A stretch of DNA of 64,000 bases from Octopus bimaculoides (Eukaryota), in NCBI RefSeq assembly GCF_001194135.2, contig NC_068988.1, forward strand, positions 71,480,802 to 71,544,801. The letters are read 5' to 3'. The notes under the pieces were generated by a model. It searched no databases and was not told where the DNA came from. It was given only the letters and a program-made list of their open reading frames with translations. This document shows positions 53,397-64,000 of this stretch, piece by piece. Position numbers and translations under genes: made by a program. Positions within the stretch are counted from its first letter, which is position 1. Each line of letters opens with the position of its first letter.

Positions 53397-54687
53397 CTGT
53401 GTGTGTGTGCATGTCTATGTACACGCATGCATGCGTATTTATACACGTGTATGTAAATGTAGTGGCACTCCGTCGGTTATGACGACGAGGGTTCCAGTTG
53501 ATCGGATCTACGGAACAGCCTCCTCGTGAAATTAACATGCAAGTGGCTGAGCACTCCACAGACGTGTACCTTTAATGTAGTTCTTGGGGAGATTCAGCGT
53601 GACACAGAGTGCGACAAGGCTGACCCTTTGAATTACAGGTACAACAGAAAGAGGAAGAAAGAGTGAGAGAAAGTTGTTGTGAAAGAGTACAGTAGGGCCC
53701 CTGCCGGAGCCTTGTGGAGATTTAGGCGTCTCTGCTCAATAAACACTCACAACGCCCAGTCTGGGAACCGAAACTGCGATCCTACGACCGCGAGTCGGCT
53801 GCCATAAGCACTGAACCACTGCACTTCCATCGTATGTGAATGTATTCAGGTACACACACATACAAGCGTGTGTGAGTGTGTACAATATTGTTCTACTTTA
53901 GTTTTGCCCTCCCCCTCTCCCACAACAATTATGACGCGGTTAACCACCTCTTCGATAATATAATTACGTGCGTGTATATTCCAAATACACGCATGCTTAT
54001 GGGCGAATTCATGTACGTGTGTCTATGTTTGTGGATGTGTGAGTACGAATACACACTCACTCAGTCGTATGTGTGTGTGTATGTGAAGAAAAGAGTTAGA
54101 GAAAGAGAGACAAGAAAAGAAAGGAAAATTAAAGAAAGAGAGGAGGGAGAGAAGTATATACTAGATATTTTTATGTTTTATCTTTTTACTTCTTTCAGCC
54201 ATGTGACAGTGGCCATGCTGGGGTACCACCTTGAGGAATTTGTAGTCAAATGAACGGACCCCAGTGCTATTTTTTAAAGCCTGTTATTTACGCAAAGTTA
54301 CGGGAGCGTAAACACACAGATACCGGTTTTCAAGCGAGACAAACGCAGACAGAAACACACAAGTTTTATTTCATTTAAAATTTGTTCCGCTTCGTCCGTC
54401 TGACACTTGAATAACTATGTATATATACGTGCATGTGCGTATATAGATATAGATATATGCATGCAAGTGCGTATATATATATAGACATGCACACACGCAT
54501 ATGTGTGAACTTGTGTATGTATGTGTATTTAGATACACTTATGCACTCATGTATATATACAATTGTGTAGCTTTATAGATGCATCTATTCATGCGTGGAT
54601 ACATACGTGTATGCGCGCGTGTGTGTGTGTGTGTGAACCCATAATCACATATGTAGGATCATGAATGCATGCGTATATATGCATATA

Positions 54688-54892
54688 GGCGCAGGAGTGG
54701 CTGTGTGGTAAGTAGCTTGCTTAACAACCACATGGTTCCGGGTTCAGTCCCACTGCGTGGCATCTTCGGCAAGTGCCTTCTACTATAGCCTCGGGCCGAC
54801 CAAAGCCTTGTGAGTGTATTTGGTAGATGGAAACTGAAAGAAGCCTGTCGTATATATGTGTGTTTGTGTGTCTGTGGTTGTCTCCCCCCCCC
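54688..54892 (+). mobile_element. SINE family A left module, followed by gap
   Basis: ggcgcaggagtggctgtgtggtaagtagcttgc...gaagcctgtcgtatat. Confidence 0.9.
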
Positions 54893-55554
54893 NNNNNNNN
54901 NNNNNNNNNNNNNNNNNNNNNNNNNNNNNNNNNNNNNNNNNNNNNNNNNNNNNNNNNNNNNNNNNNNNNNNNNNNNNNNNNNNNNNNNNNNNNNNNNNNN
55001 NNNNNNNNNNNNNNNNNNNNNNNNNNNNNNNNNNNNNNNNNNNNNNNNNNNNNNNNNNNNNNNNNNNNNNNNNNNNNNNNNNNNNNNNNNNNNNNNNNNN
55101 NNNNNNNNNNNNNNNNNNNNNNNNNNNNNNNNNNNNNNNNNNNNNNNNNNNNNNNNNNNNNNNNNNNNNNNNNNNNNNNNNNNNNNNNNNNNNNNNNNNN
55201 NNNNNNNNNNNNNNNNNNNNNNNNNNNNNNNNNNNNNNNNNNNNNNNNNNNNNNNNNNNNNNNNNNNNNNNNNNNNNNNNNNNNNNNNNNNNNNNNNNNN
55301 NNNNNNNNNNNNNNNTATATTTCACTCACCAGCGTTCGTTTTTATGTGTGTACATATTTTCCTTGTTAATTTATTAATTTACTTATTGAACAAAAATTGA
55401 ATTATCCATGTGACATTGTCTTTGATTTAAAATTTATTTCAGAAGTATCTAGGAAAATGTTATTATTATGGATATATGATCTCCCCCTGGACTTGTAGCT
55501 AGTTTGGTACCAGTTAAACCCTTGGTTCTTGAGTCACTTCGTTATTTCTGCTGA

Positions 55555-55775
55555 ATATTCTTTTCTACTCTAGGCACAAGGCCCAAAATTTTGCGGTAGG
55601 GGGTCAGTCGATTAGATTGACCCCAGTACGCAGCTGGTACTTAATTTATCGACGCTGAAAGGATGAAAAGCAAAATCGAAGTCGGCAGAATTTGAACTCA
55701 GAAGGTGAAGACAAACGAAATAACACTAAACATTTCGCCGACCTTGCTAACGTTTCCGCCAGCTCACCGCCTTAC
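55555..55775 (-). mobile_element. SINE family C copy
   Basis: Reverse-complement match to 51395-51560. Confidence 0.85.
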
Positions 55776-55847
55776 TTCTGCAAAATATTAATAAAAATAT
55801 ATACATACTCATGTTTTGTGTTCTATTTTTTCATATTTACATCATCA

Positions 55848-56140
55848 AGCGTGGCTGTGTGGTAAGAACTTGTTTCCCAATCACATGGTTCTGAGATCGG
55901 TCCCACTGCGTGACAGCTTGGGCTTGTGCCTTCTACTATTGACTTGAGCCGACCAAAGCCTTGTGAGTGGATTTGGTAGACGGAAAGTAAAAGAGGCCCG
56001 CCGTCCCCCACTACCGCTTGACAAACACTGAAGGTGTGTTTATGTCCGCATAACTTAGAAGTTCGTCAAAAGGAACTGATAGAATAAGTATTAGGCTAAA
56101 CAAAACAAGTCTTGGGGTCGATTAGTTCGAAACAGGTAAG
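55848..56140 (+). mobile_element. SINE family A copy with the internal microsatellite deleted
   Basis: Left module joins the right module directly (gaggcccgccgtcccccactaccgcttgac). Confidence 0.8.
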
Positions 56141-56414
56141 CNNNNNNNNNNTACACATGTGTGTGTGTGTGTGTGTGTGTACTTATATTTAGAGAACATT
56201 TAGACATTTGTCTACTTATAGGATAGTCAAATGTAAACATGATAAATGGGGAACTTTTATATAAATAATATTTTGTGTATATATGTGTATGTACACTCAC
56301 ACACACACGTATATATACATATATATTTGTCCGTATGCATGTTCAGTCATATATGTGTACGCATGTGTGTAAATGTAAGTATATTTTTGATACGCTTATG
56401 TACGCTTATGTGAC

Positions 56415-56447
<33 letters not shown>

Positions 56448-56926
56448 TTGTTTCGCTTTATAGATATTCCTATGCATGTTTGCATATATGTGTGAATCCA
56501 AAATCATGCATGTATGGACAAAATGGGACAAAATGGCAATAGAGGACAATAAAGCATCCGGACAGATAGAAGATACAAAGGCGAACAGGAAAAACAAGAA
56601 ATAGATGGACAGGAATAAAAAAAAACAAAAAAACAAGGACGGGTCTTTGCTATCGTACACATCCGCTTGCTTGCGGTACACATCCGCTTGCTTGTCGTAC
56701 ACATCTACTCTTAGCTTAGACTTTTGATGGGACAACCAGATTTAAACAGTCTCAAGTTTAACTACCCGAATCTATAAGGACAATCTGGAAACTTGACTGA
56801 GGAGAGAAAGCCACGAATGGCACGTACTTTTTTATCTTGTACCTCTATTTGTTGCTCTTTTCCTGTCCTCCTTTGTATCCGTCCTTTTGTGTCCGCCTTC
56901 TATCCGTTCAGGTGTTTTATTGTCAT

Positions 56927-57187
56927 ACAGTAACATCCACCCCTAGGGGTCAGCCACACTTAAGTGGCAATATACTACACTTTATCGTGCAGTTACTATT
57001 AATACTTCATTTAGAGAATTAACATTGCTTGTTTTCACCTTTTCAATATCAGTGAAGAATGTCACTGGAAAAGAAGATATAAGGTTTGCCAGATTTGTCT
57101 CTCTCACCAAGGTCATCAGCTGCCGAACGCCGACGAAGGGAAATAACCCTGAAATCCGGATACGTTCGTGCTGCTGGTCGAGGTGAG
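56927..57187 (+). mobile_element. Retrozyme-like / Penelope pseudo-LTR unit, copy 2, running into the start of the next unit
   Basis: Matches 12531-12736, then hammerhead core, then cgttcgtgctgctggtcgaggtgag, which is the start of copy 1; followed by a ~495-N gap. Confidence 0.8.
57124..57168 (+). ncRNA. Type I hammerhead ribozyme motif with U4C core variant
   Basis: Helix I cgaacg/cguucg; core CCGACGA; helix II aggg-aaauaa-cccu; GAAA; helix III palindrome uccgga; AUA triplet, predicted cleavage after 57162. Confidence 0.8.
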
Positions 57188-58011
57188 NNNNNNNNNNNNN
57201 NNNNNNNNNNNNNNNNNNNNNNNNNNNNNNNNNNNNNNNNNNNNNNNNNNNNNNNNNNNNNNNNNNNNNNNNNNNNNNNNNNNNNNNNNNNNNNNNNNNN
57301 NNNNNNNNNNNNNNNNNNNNNNNNNNNNNNNNNNNNNNNNNNNNNNNNNNNNNNNNNNNNNNNNNNNNNNNNNNNNNNNNNNNNNNNNNNNNNNNNNNNN
57401 NNNNNNNNNNNNNNNNNNNNNNNNNNNNNNNNNNNNNNNNNNNNNNNNNNNNNNNNNNNNNNNNNNNNNNNNNNNNNNNNNNNNNNNNNNNNNNNNNNNN
57501 NNNNNNNNNNNNNNNNNNNNNNNNNNNNNNNNNNNNNNNNNNNNNNNNNNNNNNNNNNNNNNNNNNNNNNNNNNNNNNNNNNNNNNNNNNNNNNNNNNNN
57601 NNNNNNNNNNNNNNNNNNNNNNNNNNNNNNNNNNNNNNNNNNNNNNNNNNNNNNNNNNNNNNNNNNNNNNNNNNNNNNNNNNTATATATATATACTGTAT
57701 TTATATTCACCGACACACTCATCTATGTCTATGTAAATATGTACAAATTGTCTTCATTTATTTATTTATATATTGATTTATTGAACTATGCAACGGGCAA
57801 ACTATTTCGAAAATATGTATTACCCACGTCGTAATGTAAATTTATGCATGATTTGTTCCAGTAGTATCGACGGAAAATGCCATTATCACCATTGTATAAA
57901 TTCACAACCCTTGGATCTGTAGCTAGTTTGATAAGTTCAAATGCACCAAATTCTCAGATCTTGTTTGACTGTGTTACTCTTTCCAAATATTAATGATATA
58001 CATGTACATAC

Positions 58012-58210
58012 AAGGCGGCGAGCTGGCAAAAACGTTTGCACGCCGGCGAAATGCTCAGCGGTATTTCGTCTGTCTTTACGTTCTGAGATCAAACTGTACC
58101 GAGGACTAATTTGCTTTTCATCCTTTCGGGATCGATAAATTAAGTACCCGTTGCCGTACTGGAATCGATCTAATCGACTGCCCGACTCCCTAAAATTGTC
58201 GGGCTTTGTG
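58012..58210 (+). mobile_element. SINE family C copy
   Basis: aaggcggcgagctggcaaaaacg...catcctttcgggatcgataaattaagtacc. Confidence 0.85.
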
Positions 58211-58248
58211 CGTACAGTTGAAAATATTATACATATACATACATACAG

Positions 58249-58288
<40 letters not shown>

Positions 58289-59392
58289 GTATATGTATAT
58301 GCATACATATATACTGCATACATACAGTTATATATATATGCACATACACACACGTACAAACATATATATGTTGTACGCGCGTACCTGCGTGTGTGTATAG
58401 GTATATTTACGTGTATGTGTAAGACCAATATGCCAAAATGCTTTAGAAGCATAAAAAAGTAAGAAGTTCCCGCTTTCGATTTTGCTGAGTGATATATTTG
58501 GTAAGTATTAATTTCTACAACATCAGGTCGACACATGCCTTCTGAGTAAAAGCTGGAAGTCGGAAACTGTATGTAACACAGTCTGAAGGGTCGTAAATGT
58601 AATTCAAATGTGCAAGCTGACCGCATTCTGTCGCCGTGATTCTACCTGAGAATCACATCAAGAGTATAAATGTATGTGGAATATTCAGCTACTTAATGTA
58701 TGAGCTGGTAGTTTATTTGCCCGAACGGTGGAACATATATCGTCAGTACTTCTGACGAGGATCCATCAGAGCTGTATGTACGAGAGCTTGTATATGAGTG
58801 TGTAGAGGTATTTAATATAGTATCATGTATCAGTAAACTCACGTATTGTAAGTAAGAAAGTTACGAGTACATATTTAAAGCTATCCTTGTCGATGCACAT
58901 GTGCAATATATTTATCAATCATTCAATCTTTCTCTCTTTTCCTCTCTGTAAATAATATATATATATATATATNNNNNNNNNNNNNNNNNNNNNNNNNNNN
59001 NNNNNNNNNNNNNNNNNNNNNNNNNNNNNNNNNNNNNNNNNNNNNNNNNNNNNNNNNNNNNNNNNNNNNNATATATGTATGTGTCTGTCTGCCTGTTGTC
59101 CGTCTGTCTGCCTGCCTGTCTATCTGTCTGCCTTGTCTATCTGTCCGCCTGTCTATCTGTCTGCCTGTTTGCCACTCTGATTGCCTCATTTCTCTGTCTG
59201 TCGTTGCATATCTTTTACCGTTTATTTGTTTCGGTCTTTTAACTGCAATCATGCTGGAGCTCTGAGTTGAAGGATTTAGTCGAGCTAATCGACCCCAATA
59301 CTTATCTTTAAGTCTAATACTTCATTTGGTTGACGGAAACTGAAAGAAGCTTGTCATATATATATGCATATATTTATATATTATTTGTTATG

Positions 59393-59423
<31 letters not shown>

Positions 59424-59852
59424 ACAGGGCATTACCAACAGTAAACAAATGAGTTCAATACGCAAACAACGAGAGAGGCAAATGGAAAACAGGACAAATA
59501 ACACAATGACGACCCTTCATCAGTTGTCAGCTGTCTATCTACCCTAATTTCGACCATTGAACAACAATATGAGTCTTCGAAGACAATTGCTCCCATAAGT
59601 ACCAAAATAATATTTCGGATTTATGCATGGTCAAAGTTGGGAACAAAAAGTGGAGACATACAAGGAAACCACACGAAAACGAACATGGAGGGTCGTAAGA
59701 CCAGAACAAGGGTAAAATAGCGAACGCTAGAGAAATATTTTCTTTGGAAAGAGAAAAGATAGAAGAAAGAGATAGAATATGTCCAGTCTTTAGAGCAATC
59801 CTGTAGGAAAAGAAAGACGGGGAGAGACAGACAGACAGAAGACGGTGATATA

Positions 59853-59884
<32 letters not shown>

Positions 59885-61019
59885 NNNNNNNNNNNNNNNN
59901 NNNNNNNNNNNNNNNNNNNNNNNNNNNNNNNNNNNNNNNNNNNNNNNNNNNNNNNNNNNNNNNNNNNNNNNNNNNNNNNNNNNNNNNNNNNNNNNNNNNN
60001 NNNNNNNNNNNNNNNNNNNNNNNNNNNNNNNNNNNNNNNNNNNNNNNNNNNNNNNNNNNNNNNNNNNNNNNNNNNNNNNNNNNNNNNNNNNNNNNNNNNN
60101 NNNNNNNNNNNNNNNNNNNNNNNNNNNNNNNNNNNNNNNNNNNNNNNNNNNNNNNNNNNNNNNNNNNNNNNNNNNNNNNNNNNNNNNNNNNNNNNNNNNN
60201 NNNNNNNNNNNNNNNNNNNNNNNNNNNNNNNNNNNNNNNNNNNNNNNNNNNNNNNNNNNNNNNNNNNNNNNNNNNNNNNNNNNNNNNNNNNNNNNNNNNN
60301 NNNNNNNNNNNNNNNNNNNNNNNNNNNNNNNNNNNNNNNNNNNNNNNNNNNNNNNNNNNNNNNNNNNNNNNNNNNNNNNNNNNNNNNNNNNNNNNNNNNN
60401 NNNNNNNNNNNNNNNNNNNNNNNNNNNNNNNNNNNNNNNNNNNNNNNNNNNNNNNNNNNNNNNNNNNNNNNNNNNNNNNNNNNNNNNNNNNNNNNNNNNN
60501 NNNNNNNNNNNNNNNNNNNNNNNNNNNNNNNNNNNNNNNNNNNNNNNNNNNNNNNNNNNNNNNNNNNNNNNNNNNNNNNNNNNNNNNNNNNNNNNNNNNN
60601 NNNNNNNNNNNNNNNNNNNNNNNNNNNNNNNNNNNNGTGTGTTTCCGTGTGTGACTGTGTTTGTCAGCGAGTGTTTGTGTAGGTGTTGATAGTAGTACAC
60701 TCTATTGTTTATAGCATATCTGCTTGAAGAGCTAACGTTTCATATGAGAATTATTTCACGTTTATAAATACTTATGAAGTTCTTATGCAACTTTCAGGTT
60801 TCGTTGATCTGGTCTTGATTGTGCTGCATGGAATCTTGTAGAATGTGAAGTGCAACATGAAGGGAAATTTATAATGCCACCTTTTTTTACCTCAACTCCA
60901 CACACACACGCACGCACATACACACACATACACACACACACTCACGCACACGCATACGTACATACACACACGTACACGACCCCCCCACACACACACACAC
61001 ATATATGCACTCTGACTTA

Positions 61020-61580
61020 TACATTTATTCTTTTGCTTGGTTCAGTCATTTAACTGCGCCCATACTTTAGCACCACCGTAAAGGTATTTAGACGAAGTAA
61101 TCGACCCCAGGAATTATTCTTTGTAAGCCTAATACTTGTTTTTATCGGGGTCTCATGTCGAACTGCTAAGTTACAGTGACATAAACACACCAGCGTTGAT
61201 TTCCAAGCTATGGCAGGGGACAAATACACACAGACGTAAATATAACTACACACACACACAGACACATGCTTATATATGAATGTATGTTTGTATGCATGCA
61301 TGCATGCATATATATATATATATATANNNNNNNNNNNNNNNNNNNNNNNNNNNNNNNNNNNNNNNNNNNNNNNNNNNNNNNNNNNNNNNNNNNNNNNNNN
61401 NNNNNNNNNNNNNNNNNNNNNNNNNNNNNNNNNNNNNNNNNNNNNNNNNNNATACGACGGGCTTCTATCAGTCTCCTTTTAACAAATCCGCTCGGCCCGA
61501 GGCTATAGCAGATGATGCATGCAGTGGGACTTAACTCGGAACAATGTGGTTCGGATGTAAGCTTCCTACCACACAGCCAT
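61020..61580 (-). mobile_element. SINE family A copy with gap in the internal microsatellite
   Basis: Both modules recognisable either side of N-gap 61327-61450. Confidence 0.8.
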
Positions 61581-61583
61581 GCC

Positions 61584-61638
<55 letters not shown>

Positions 61639-61794
61639 AGAGAAGGAGAGAAAGTGTGAGAGAGAGACGGAGAGAGAAGGAGAGAAAGTGTGTGAGAGAG
61701 AGGGGGAGAGAGTGAAAAGTGAGTGCGTCTCTGCAAATATTTAAGTGTATCCATAAAACATAGTGTTGTCCTTGATATTATTTAGCTCCAGGTC

Positions 61795-61930
61795 AAGGCG
61801 GCGTGCCTAATAGAATCGTTAGCACGCCGGACAAAATGCTTAGCGGCATTTCTTCCGACTCTTTACAATCTGAGTTCAAATTCTACTGCGGTCAACTTTA
61901 CCTTTCATCCTTTCGAGGGAGATGAAATAA
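61795..61930 (+). mobile_element. SINE family C, 3'-truncated
   Basis: aaggcggcgtgcc...gttagcacgccggac...gagttcaaattc...catcctttcgagg. Confidence 0.75.
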
Positions 61931-62414
61931 GCTCTAGACGAAGGTGCAGTTGCGCAGACCTACGTTATACACCAAGAACTACGTTTTCTGCAGTCTTCTT
62001 ACAAAGTAAGGTGAGTCATGATGGTGGTTTCACTGCTAGATTTAGCAGCCCGACAAACTGAGTTTTATGGTATTTGTGAATGAACGCTGCATATGGAGTA
62101 TCCACACACAAAATACACACTTATATATAGATGCATATATGTGTGTGTGTGTGTGTGTGTGCTTGTATGTCTGTGTGTGTATTACGCGAATGTACATATA
62201 CATATACAGGCTCATATATTTAAATACTTGTCACATGTTCGCACTTAGTAACATCAATCTTTTCCATCTGTGCGTTCTGCCATAAACATTTATTTTAGAA
62301 GATTAAGGCATTTCAACTTGTATATAAGTGTATACTAAAATACAAACATACACATAAATGGTGGTGAGTATGTATGTATGTATTATGTATGTATTATGTA
62401 TGTATTCTTGTATG

Positions 62415-62572
62415 TAGCTGTGTGCTAAGAAGCTTGCTTCCCAACCACATGGCTCTGGGTTCAGTCCCAGTGCATGGAACCATGGGCAAGTGTTTTCTAC
62501 TATAGCGTTGGGCGGACAAAAAACTTGTGAATGGATTTGGTAAATGGAAAGTGAAAGAAGCTCGTCGTGTAT
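62415..62572 (+). mobile_element. SINE family A left module
   Basis: gctgtgtgctaagaagcttgcttcccaaccacatgg...gaaagaagctcgtcgt. Confidence 0.85.
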
Positions 62573-62588
62573 ATATGTGTGTGTGTAC

Positions 62589-62619
<31 letters not shown>

Positions 62620-63490
62620 GATATATATGCGTGTGTGTGTGTGTGTGTGNNNNNNNNNNNNNNNNNNNNNNNNNNNNNNNNNNNNNNNNNNNNNNNNNNN
62701 NNNNNNNNNNNNNNNNNNNNNNNNNNNNNNNNNNNNNNNNNNNNNNNNNNNNNNNNNNNNNNNNNNNNNNNNNNNNNNNNNNNNNNNNNNNNNNNNNNNN
62801 NNNNNNNNNNNNNNNNNNNNNNNNNNNNNNNNNNNNNNNNNNNNNNNNNNNNNNNNNNNNNNNNNNNNNNNNNNNNNNNNNNNNNNNNNNNNNNNNNNNN
62901 NNNNNNNNNNNNNNNNNNNNNNNNNNNNNNNNNNNNNNNNNNNNNNNNNNNNNNNNNNNNNNNNNNNNNNNNNNNNNNNNNNNNNNNNNNNNNNNNNNNN
63001 NNNNNNNNNNNNNNNNNNNNNNNNNNNNNNNNNNNNNNNNNNNNNNNNNNNNNNNNNNNNNNNNNNNNNNNNNNNNNNNNNNNNNNNNNNNNNNNNNNNN
63101 NNNNNNNNNNNNNNNNNNNNNNNNNNNNNNNNNNNNNNNNNNNNNNNNNNNNNNNNNNNNNNNNNNNNNNNNNNNNNNNNNNNNNNNNNNNNNNNNNNNN
63201 NNNNNNNNNNNNNNNNNNNNNNNNNNNNNNNNNNNNNNNNNNNNNNNNNNNNNNNNNNNNNNNNNNNNNNNNNNNNNNNNNNNNNNNNNNNNNNNNNNNN
63301 NNNNNNNNNNNNNNNNNNNNNNNNNNNNNNNNNNNNNNNNNNNNNNNNNNNNNNNNNNNNNNNNNNNNNNNNNNNNNNNNNNNNNNNNNNNNNNNNNNNN
63401 NNNNNNNNNNNNNNNNNNNNNNNNNNNNNNNNNNNNNNNNNNNNNNNNNNNNNNNNNNNNNNNNNNNNNNNNNNNNNNNNNNNNNNNNNN

Positions 63491-63547
<57 letters not shown>

Positions 63548-63880
63548 GTGCACGCATGATCACACAAACACTTAGTCGCATACATCGTATTTTGCATACA
63601 TACTGTCTCATTTCGTACGTACGTTACAAACGTTTAGGAGACACCGATTTTCTTTAAAAATCCAATAATGACAAATTAGGAACTTTTGTTTAATCAATAT
63701 GTACATAGTTATTGCCGAGGAAATATCCTACGAATCTAAGGACAGAACCTAGCGGTAAGTCCTTAAAGTTTTTCGTTTTACGTTTCCTTAGCTATCAACA
63801 TTTACAAAACGTTTCAACCTGTGTATATCAAACTACTTTTGCAGCTATATACACAGACACATATGTAATACTCACTCACA

Positions 63881-63924
<44 letters not shown>

Positions 63925-64000
63925 AATATATATGTGTGTAGTAGACATGTACATCTATCTATCTATATATCTATCTGTCTGTCTGTCTATCAATATATAT

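Noticed and set aside
59500-59570. CTGATGAAGGG on the minus strand within a dispersed repeat (59440-59830)
   Set aside because: Could not build helix II or a correctly placed GAAA; hammerhead not supported

Overview
AT-rich animal genomic DNA from a short-read draft assembly, with many N-gaps sitting in (TA)n/(CA)n/(GA)n tracts. The SINE repertoire looks like that of Octopus (inference from recall of these repeats, not a database search). No protein-coding host gene can be identified with confidence; nearly all long ORFs in the track are microsatellite or N-gap artefacts. The window is mostly transposon relics: several tRNA-derived SINE families, mariner remnants, a probable Chapaev3-type element, a decayed Helitron (Rep + PIF1 helicase) carrying a piggyBac-type MITE, a Tx1/L1-clade RT fragment, an RTE 3' end, and a cluster of R4/Dong-like LINEs stacked in (AAT)n tracts. 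The most notable observation is a ~345-nt non-coding, heavily self-complementary repeat unit present twice (12423-12736 and 56927-57187). It carries a complete type I hammerhead ribozyme fold (57124-57168) with a non-canonical U4C core and a palindromic helix III, and it appears to run head-to-tail. This is the architecture of a retrozyme or a Penelope-like pseudo-LTR that could yield a small circular RNA. A second, unrelated minimal hammerhead lies on the minus strand at 45544-45589. Boundaries of decayed elements are approximate.
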